A stretch of DNA of 64,000 bases, taken from positions 3,520,001 to 3,584,000 of the forward strand of contig OY761611.1 of NCBI GenBank assembly GCA_963664875.1, written 5' to 3'. The position numbers and the translations under genes are program-made. The DNA comes from Candidatus Kapaibacterium sp. Lineage in GTDB: Bacteria; Bacteroidota; Ignavibacteria; Kapaibacteriales; UBA2268. Below the pieces are notes generated by a model. It saw nothing but the letters and a program-made list of their open reading frames with translations. It made no database searches and was not told the DNA's origin. Below are positions 57,704 to 64,000 of this stretch, in pieces (positions within the stretch are counted from its first letter, which is position 1; the number at the start of each line of letters is the position of its first letter).

Positions 57704-58132
57704 TTATAAAGAGTGAATAATAGCAGTAATGACTCCAACCGGTTTGTAGCTAAGCTCTCCGATGTTAAGAGGTAAATATTGTCTGTCGTGTGATTCGAGA
57801 TACTCTTCGCCTTCTATTAGGCGGTAATTTTTGACTGTAAAGTTGCCGGACAAATCTACAAGTATCAATTTGCCATCTTCCGGTTCTAAAGCAGTGTCAA
57901 CGATGAGAATATCCTGGTCGCTTATGCCGTATGGTTCTAATTCCTTGCCGTTTATTCGAGCAAAGATAGTAGCTGCAGGGTGAGCTATCAGCAGTTCGTT
58001 CAAATCGATTTCTTTCTCAACTGTGCTGTCTGCCGGAGTAGGCAAACCAGCCGAGACACTCATCTGAAATAGAGGTATCTTTACTTCGGTCTCAGCTTGT
58101 GCTTCGAAACCGATTATTTCGATTGTAGTCAT
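57704..58132 (-). CDS. umuD: UmuD-like S24 protein with intact Ala-Gly cleavage site and no catalytic Ser
   Basis: PLFQMSVSAGLPTPA...IDLNELLIAHPAAT matches UmuD; the GDSM motif is replaced by GKEL. Confidence 0.78.
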   Translation of the reverse strand: MTTIEIIGFEAQAETEVKIPLFQMSVSAGLPTPADSTVEKEIDLNELLIAHPAATIFARINGKELEPYGISDQDILIVDTALEPEDGKLILVDLSGNFTVKNYRLIEGEEYLESHDRQYLPLNIGELSYKPVGVITAIIHSL

Positions 58133-58278
58133 TTCTTACTTCCAAATGTTTGTTTATGCTGCAAGAAAGGTCAAAACTTCTTTTTTCCCCCGAAGTTTTG
58201 CATTTATACAATTAAAATAATTTACCTCTAAAATCAAAATGAAATTTTATTAGCAGATAAAAAAAGATGTGTAGCTAA

Positions 58279-58869
58279 CTATCTTAGATCAATAATCTCT
58301 ACTTTGTCATCTGTTTTGATTTCAAAATCTGATTTGTCTTTGGGATTAGTATCTATTTTTTTGACTACAAGATGATTATCCTGCATTTCGTCTTTGATTT
58401 CTATTTCTTTTAAAACGTAATCGCCTGAAAATCCGAGTTTATATTTGCCGCCGCTTTCTTTGTCCTCAAGTTCCAATATATATTCAGAAATATATTTTGT
58501 GCCTGTAGATTTAATTAGTTTTACAGGTTTCATCTTTGCAAGCATTTTGAAAAAGAAAGTGTCCATTGATTCCAAATTTTCTTCGTAATCAGAAATTATA
58601 CATGTCTTGTCTTTTACGGAATAATTCCAGACATATTTGTAGTCAGAGCTTATGATTCTGTCAGGCAAATCAAGTCGATACCCTTTCCCTTTGCTGATAA
58701 AGACTTTCATGAAGGGCTTGGCTTCATTTGGCATGGCAAGTTCCAACAGCATCTTGTCTGTTTTAGTGTATTTCTCTTTGAGTTTTGCGAAAGCTGTGTT
58801 CATGTCCAAGGCATAGACAAATACCGGCACTATCAAAAGAAACAATAAACTTAAAATTTGCTTTTTCAT
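58279..58869 (-). CDS. LolA-like outer-membrane lipoprotein carrier
   Basis: Signal peptide; KGKGYRLDL...IISSDYKYVWNYS; C-terminal VEIIDLR. Probable start at 58869. Confidence 0.7.
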   Translation of the reverse strand: MKKQILSLLFLLIVPVFVYALDMNTAFAKLKEKYTKTDKMLLELAMPNEAKPFMKVFISKGKGYRLDLPDRIISSDYKYVWNYSVKDKTCIISDYEENLESMDTFFFKMLAKMKPVKLIKSTGTKYISEYILELEDKESGGKYKLGFSGDYVLKEIEIKDEMQDNHLVVKKIDTNPKDKSDFEIKTDDKVEIIDLR

Positions 58870-58873
58870 GTGT

Positions 58874-59689
58874 TTAATCCTCAATTTTTGCATCTAATGG
58901 TCCGCGAAGTCCTTTGTAAGAAGTCAACTCTGCACCCACAAAACCGATGATTATTTTAGTAGCTACTTTTACAGGTATTTTTCTGTCGTCATCGCTCAGC
59001 CAAACCAGAATTTTTCCTTCAGATTTGAAGAGTCCGCCCTCGACTACCATTGGTTCTACTACGAGTGTTTTGAACTTTCCGGCTTCGACCTCTATTGTCT
59101 GTTTTCCGTGGTATTTGACACCGAGAGTGTAAGTAGAGTCTTTGTAGAAGTTTTTCAATTCGATTATAGAATCTTTTTTGATTTTGTCAAAATTCAAAGT
59201 TCTTACATAATATAGAGCGGATACTATATCGTGGACATATTCCGGCACATCGTGTTTAGTTGTGTCTTGTATAATTGCTTTATTATTGACCTGGTCGAAA
59301 ACGCATTCGAAATCGGTTTTATAACCTCCTTCTCTAATGTGCTGTTCAAACTTGTAAGGGAATATGCCTGCCACATCAACTACAGTTCTGTATTTATCCT
59401 GCACTTTGTATATCCATTCGAGTTCTTTCAATGATCTAACTTCAAAGCGGATATCGTATGCGTCTCTACCGTTTACTTTCACAGGTTTTGGCAAAATTTT
59501 GAAGTAACCGGTGCCTGCTGTGATGAATTTGTAGCCCACTTTATAATTAAGTGTTTCGCCAAAGCCGAAGGCTTCCTGCGGGATATAGCGGAATTGATTC
59601 GATTTAGTAGAAGTACTGTCCTTTTTGTTACCGGCAAATAGCGGCAAAGCACAAGTAAACAAAAGTAAAATAATAAGTATATTTTTCAT
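58874..59689 (-). CDS. DUF3108 family protein
   Basis: AFGFGETLNY.VGY.FITAG...YKVQD.Y...HDIVSALYY.R...VEAGKF...VWLSDDDRKIPVK. Probable start at 59689. Confidence 0.85.
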   Translation of the reverse strand: MKNILIILLLFTCALPLFAGNKKDSTSTKSNQFRYIPQEAFGFGETLNYKVGYKFITAGTGYFKILPKPVKVNGRDAYDIRFEVRSLKELEWIYKVQDKYRTVVDVAGIFPYKFEQHIREGGYKTDFECVFDQVNNKAIIQDTTKHDVPEYVHDIVSALYYVRTLNFDKIKKDSIIELKNFYKDSTYTLGVKYHGKQTIEVEAGKFKTLVVEPMVVEGGLFKSEGKILVWLSDDDRKIPVKVATKIIIGFVGAELTSYKGLRGPLDAKIED

Positions 59690-59767
59690 ATTCAGAGCCA
59701 AAAAATGTATTATCCTTTTTAACAATAATACCAAAAAAAGCCCTTTTTGTTTCAAACTATTTTCTTA

Positions 59768-60913
59768 TCAGCCTTCATCTACCATAACAAGGACAGGCTC
59801 TTTAATGCCTCTTACTTTAGATGTGCTGATTAGTCGCATAAGAAGTACATCAGTAACTTCCTGACCTTTGTTCACTAATTTATTTTCTTTCAAATCTTTA
59901 ATATCATCAGCAAGTATCATACCTATGCGAAGTTGCTTGAAAGGCATTGAACGCACGATGTAGCGTCCTCTACCGCCAAGTAGTTCTTCTTTGAGTGCTG
60001 CCAGTACAGAGTTATCATAACTACCAACTTTGTTGATGAGTTCTACAAGTATAGCCTGATCTGTTTTGCCTTTTTTTGACAAATCCATATACTCATTAAC
60101 CACTTTAAGGATACGGGCAATCATTGGTATGTCAATTATGTGTCCGTCTTCAGTTTTGCTTCCGTGCAGTTTAAAATCCATAAACTGGTATCTGATAGCT
60201 TCGGCTACCTCTTCGAGTCTCGGGATATTTGCTAGAAGTTTGGCACCAAAATCTGCCTGAGAGTTAAAGATTCTATTCTCTTCTTTTGAAAGATTGTATC
60301 CATAATATTTTTTTTCAACGATGTCCTGAGGCAAAGTAACTGCTCCAATATGCGAAAGTAAGGCAGCAATTTCTACTTCCCAAGTATTTTTCATATTCAA
60401 TCTTTCGGCTATTCTTCTCGCCAGTTTGTGTATGCCGGACGAATGAGCAAAACCGTCGGGATTGACAGCAGAAAGCATATCTATCAGAATCTTTATGCTA
60501 CCTTTAAGCGTTTGATTGAGTAACTGTTTCTCGGAAGTAATTAACCTGTAAAGCTCTGTTGCGTCTGTCAAAGTAGAAATAACATCTCCTGTTGGTACCG
60601 GTTTTGTAAGGAATCTGTAAATATTTCCTTTATTCACAGCAGCAATAGCTGTTTCGAGGTCAGCAAATCCGGTAATAATTATCCTAACAGAATCGGGCGA
60701 TAGCTTTTTTACCAAAGTGAGAAACTCTATGCCGTCCATGCCCGGCATTCTGTAATCTGAAACAATGCAGGCAAAAGGAGGATTTTCCTTCATTATTTCA
60801 ATTGCAGCATTTGCATTGTCAGCAGTTTTTACCAAAAAATGTTTTCTCAGATTTCTTCTGAAAGCTGACAAAATATCCAAATCATCATCTACAAAAAGCA
60901 CACGTCTATTCAT
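59768..60913 (-). CDS. Response regulator with degenerate HD-GYP-like (RpfG) output domain
   Basis: REC (FVDDD, SDYRMP, TG, KP); HS...AALLSHIG where HD-GYP proteins have LLHDIG; ARILKV. Confidence 0.85.
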   Translation of the reverse strand: MNRRVLFVDDDLDILSAFRRNLRKHFLVKTADNANAAIEIMKENPPFACIVSDYRMPGMDGIEFLTLVKKLSPDSVRIIITGFADLETAIAAVNKGNIYRFLTKPVPTGDVISTLTDATELYRLITSEKQLLNQTLKGSIKILIDMLSAVNPDGFAHSSGIHKLARRIAERLNMKNTWEVEIAALLSHIGAVTLPQDIVEKKYYGYNLSKEENRIFNSQADFGAKLLANIPRLEEVAEAIRYQFMDFKLHGSKTEDGHIIDIPMIARILKVVNEYMDLSKKGKTDQAILVELINKVGSYDNSVLAALKEELLGGRGRYIVRSMPFKQLRIGMILADDIKDLKENKLVNKGQEVTDVLLMRLISTSKVRGIKEPVLVMVDEG

Positions 60914-60917
60914 ATTA

Positions 60918-62018
60918 TTACTGCCTTATGTTCAATGCCGAAAAAAGAGATTTTGGGAAATCGACTCTGAAAATAGTGCCGTTTTCGTCAGTTTTTACTA
61001 CCTGCACCTTAGATTGCAGCTGCTCTACGCAATTTTGAACAATAGCCAATCCCAAGCCGGTTCCTTCGATATTTCCGGTATTTTCACATCTGTAAAACGG
61101 AACAAAAAGTTTGCTTAAGTTTTTTTGAGGTATTCCTATGCCGTGATCTTCCACTTCAAGAGAAACACTATCTTTCGTATTCTTCAAACAGACTCTCACT
61201 TCTTTGCTGTTGGGAGAATATTTCATAGCGTTTGAGATTAAATTATTGAAAATGTGCTTGAATAAAGAGGCATCATGAGTAGTAATCAAATTATCAAATT
61301 CCACACTAACCTTTACATTATGTTTGCCTCTATCCACGTATGACAGTTCATCAATCACATACGAAAGTAGATAGACTATGTCGCTATGTTCGCCATTATT
61401 TTTTTCTTTTTGAGCCACTTTGCCAAGCGTTAGCAAATCATTGAGCAAATTATTCATTTCCTTGACTGATTCTTCTATCGCAGAGGTATAAGTGGTAAAC
61501 TTTTCGTCGAGGTCTTTCTGGTAGTACATTTTGAGTAATTCCACAGAAAGAGAAATCTTTGTCAGCGGATTTTTATATTCATGAGACACCTGAGAAACAA
61601 AACCTGACTTGATTTTGTTCAAATCTTTTTCCAGATTGATTAGTTCATACAAATCAAGAGCATCTCGAATAGCATTGGCAAGATCTGCTATCGGAAGAGG
61701 TTTTGAAAGCAACCTGAAGATATTGCCTTTGTTTACTGCATTCATAGCAACTTCTACATCGACAAACCCTGTAAACAATATTCGAACAGTATCGGGGTAC
61801 TCGTCTTTTACCTTTTCCAAAAACTGAACTCCGTCAACCTCAGGCATCTTAAAGTCAGAAACAACTACAGCAACTGAGCCATCATTTCGTAACTTATTGA
61901 GTGCATCCATAGCACTTGAAGCAAATATCATGTCGAATTTTTTGTGAAAATTTCTGCGAATAGCATTCAAGAAATCAACATCATCATCGACTATCATTAT
62001 TTTTCTATTTATTGCCAT
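60918..62018 (-). CDS. Hybrid REC-histidine kinase
   Basis: REC plus SHEYKNPL, SNAMKYS, DHGIGI, GTGLGL. Confidence 0.9.
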   Translation of the reverse strand: MAINRKIMIVDDDVDFLNAIRRNFHKKFDMIFASSAMDALNKLRNDGSVAVVVSDFKMPEVDGVQFLEKVKDEYPDTVRILFTGFVDVEVAMNAVNKGNIFRLLSKPLPIADLANAIRDALDLYELINLEKDLNKIKSGFVSQVSHEYKNPLTKISLSVELLKMYYQKDLDEKFTTYTSAIEESVKEMNNLLNDLLTLGKVAQKEKNNGEHSDIVYLLSYVIDELSYVDRGKHNVKVSVEFDNLITTHDASLFKHIFNNLISNAMKYSPNSKEVRVCLKNTKDSVSLEVEDHGIGIPQKNLSKLFVPFYRCENTGNIEGTGLGLAIVQNCVEQLQSKVQVVKTDENGTIFRVDFPKSLFSALNIRQ

Positions 62019-63174
62019 AGCTGTTTATAACCTTCTGATATTTCATAATATCTTGCTGCAACGAAAGTGCATTTATGTAATCATGATCAAAATCCATTTT
62101 GCCTGTGATTGCATTTGCTATATGCAGAGCAGTCAGAGTGTCAAATTTGAGATCAGTAATAAGCGAAGGGAAATGGTGGAACGCAACGTTTTCCACTATT
62201 CTATCCGGCAAACCCCAGATACCCAGCAAATACGCACCCGCCTCTGAGTGGGAAGTATCCAATAAGTCAAGTTCTGCATCAGTGAAAGTTAGCTTATTTT
62301 CTTTAGCATGAGTCAAAATTTTATCAGGATAGCCATCTACTTTGGTAAGTATTATTTTGCCAATATCATGCAAGAGACCCGATAAAAATGCCTCTTCGAC
62401 ATCAGCACGCTCGAATCCCTCTTCGAGAGCAATAGCTTTTGCAGCATTAGCAACTTTGTAGCTATGTTCCCAAATAGAATTAAAAAAGAAGCGTTGAGAA
62501 GGAGACTCATCTACCATAGAAAATACTTTAATATAAATTACTAACGATTTGATTATGTTTAAGCCGAGATACTGCACTGCCTGCGAGATATTTGAAATAG
62601 TAGTAGGCAGGCCGAAAAATGCAGAATTTACCAGCTGAAGTATCTTGGCGGTGATAGTAATATCATGAGACACAATTTCAGCAATCTCTTTCAATGAAGA
62701 CTTTTCGGAGGAAAGTGCATTTTCCAAATCTAAATAAATTTTGGGAAGAGTTGGCAAATTGTCAATCCCCGAAATTAATTTACGCAATTTAGTATCGCGC
62801 ATATAATCCCGAAGCAAATAAGTTCTCTGTATTTTTGACTTCAAAGTGGCAGCGTCGCAAGGTTTAGCCAAAAACTGATGTGCATTTTGCGTAGTATATA
62901 ATATCTGAGAATAGTCCTGATGCCCGGAAAGAACTATGCGAATAATACCCGGCCACTTCTCTTTGACTATATTTAATAAGTCATTGCCATCCAGCCCCGG
63001 CATTTTCAGATCGGCTACTATTATATCTATTTTGTTGCTGTTTAAAATTTCTAAGGCTTTTGAGACTGATGATGCTAAATAAAGCTCCCACTTCTTTCGC
63101 ATAGTAAAGAGCATATTTTTATACCCTAAAAGGATATCGCTGTCATCATCTACAAATAATATACTTAACTTCAT
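62005..63174 (-). CDS. REC-HDOD domain signalling protein
   Basis: REC plus LPTLP...AKILQLVNSAFFG...WEHS...GLLHDIGK...WGLP. Confidence 0.92.
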   Translation of the reverse strand: MKLSILFVDDDSDILLGYKNMLFTMRKKWELYLASSVSKALEILNSNKIDIIVADLKMPGLDGNDLLNIVKEKWPGIIRIVLSGHQDYSQILYTTQNAHQFLAKPCDAATLKSKIQRTYLLRDYMRDTKLRKLISGIDNLPTLPKIYLDLENALSSEKSSLKEIAEIVSHDITITAKILQLVNSAFFGLPTTISNISQAVQYLGLNIIKSLVIYIKVFSMVDESPSQRFFFNSIWEHSYKVANAAKAIALEEGFERADVEEAFLSGLLHDIGKIILTKVDGYPDKILTHAKENKLTFTDAELDLLDTSHSEAGAYLLGIWGLPDRIVENVAFHHFPSLITDLKFDTLTALHIANAITGKMDFDHDYINALSLQQDIMKYQKVINSYGNK

Positions 63175-63515
63175 TGATTATCAGTGTAGTATTGGATAAA
63201 ATGTTGGCTCTGCTTTTTGGTTTTATTCAATTTACAAAAAATAATTGATACCTATACATACTAACGCCTTACTACCTGATTTCGTTTTGATTATATTTCT
63301 AAAAAAAGCATTTAATCTCTTGATTTGTTTAGCAAAAATTTTAGGATTACAAGATTAGTATAAGCTCTATGCTTATTGTCAATATAAAGAGCAAAATCAG
63401 TATCATTTTTTACAAATGAAACCCAATTCGTATGGATTACGCAAAATTCAACTTTTTTGACTTAAGCTTTTTACTTAGATTTGGAAAGACTAAATTTGAA
63501 AGTATGGAGAAAGAT

Positions 63516-64000
63516 ATGAAAAAGTTTGCAGTTATCATGGCAGGAGGCAAAGGCACTAAGCTCTGGCCAAGAAGTACTGAAAATATGCCTAAACAGTTCA
63601 TACACCTTATGGGCGATGGCACAATGATTCAAAATACTTTCAATAGGATTAAAAAATATATTGACATCGAAGATATTTATGTTGTTACCTATGCTGATTT
63701 GAAAAAAGAAGTACACTCTCAGCTTCCTGAATTACCACCTGAAAATATGATTATCGAGCCCTTTGGCATCAATACTGCTCCCTGTCTTGGGCTTGCCGCC
63801 ACAGTCCTAAGTGAAAAATACAATGATGATGATATAATGATTGCTTTTCCTTCTGATCATGTTATAATGAATAAAGGAGACTTATATCAATCGCTCGATA
63901 CAGCTACGAGGGCAGCTTATGATTTGAACGGGCTTGTTACTATTGGCGTAAAACCCACAATGCCGGAAACACAATACGGTTATGTTCAGGTTACAGAAGA
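63516..64000 (+). CDS. manC: Mannose-1-phosphate guanylyltransferase (5' part, runs off the window)
   Basis: Not in the ORF track. MKKFAVIMAGGKGTKLWPRSTENMPKQF...IIEPFGINTAPC...FPSDH...LVTIGVKPTMPETQYGY; GGAG RBS. Confidence 0.9.
   Translation, partial: MKKFAVIMAGGKGTKLWPRSTENMPKQFIHLMGDGTMIQNTFNRIKKYIDIEDIYVVTYADLKKEVHSQLPELPPENMIIEPFGINTAPCLGLAATVLSEKYNDDDIMIAFPSDHVIMNKGDLYQSLDTATRAAYDLNGLVTIGVKPTMPETQYGYVQVTE

Noticed and set aside
8049-63716. Numerous 60-155-aa ORFs overlapping long genes (e.g. 8049..8381, 11276..11716, 33635..33952, 48636..49103, 63471..63716)
   Set aside because: Opposite-strand or alternate-frame shadows of well-supported CDSs, with no RBS or motif support.

Overview
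AT-rich bacterial chromosome segment, most likely FCB superphylum (Ignavibacteriota/Kapabacteria-like). This is inferred from several T9SS-type C-terminal domains, TAnnTTTG promoter motifs and Shine-Dalgarno use. Bases ~1750-24920 form a ~23-kb tyrosine-recombinase integrative element. Its intact integrase lies at the right end (23538-24758). Its left end sits inside the 5' end of a ~98% identical, damaged integrase copy (584-1750) from a sibling element that continues left out of the window. Cargo: an excisionase-like HTH gene, two paralogous 71-aa ORFs each followed by a ~10-bp-periodic repeat array, a type IIG R-M / AbiP2-like reverse transcriptase / HEPN-like defence operon, a Sec-exported SpvB/TcdB-RHS toxin split by a -1 frameshift with its immunity lipoprotein, and two T9SS substrates. 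The remainder looks like core genome: HDAC-family deacetylase, a three-pilin chaperone-usher-like operon, ECF sigma/anti-sigma, rsmA, HIT, T9SS surface proteins, Mrp/NifU, tRNA-Val and tRNA-Leu, two-component genes, a complementary pair of UmuD-like proteins, LolA-like, DUF3108, REC-HDOD/HK/HD genes and the start of a mannose-1-phosphate guanylyltransferase. All family calls are from motif recognition by eye; no searches were run.
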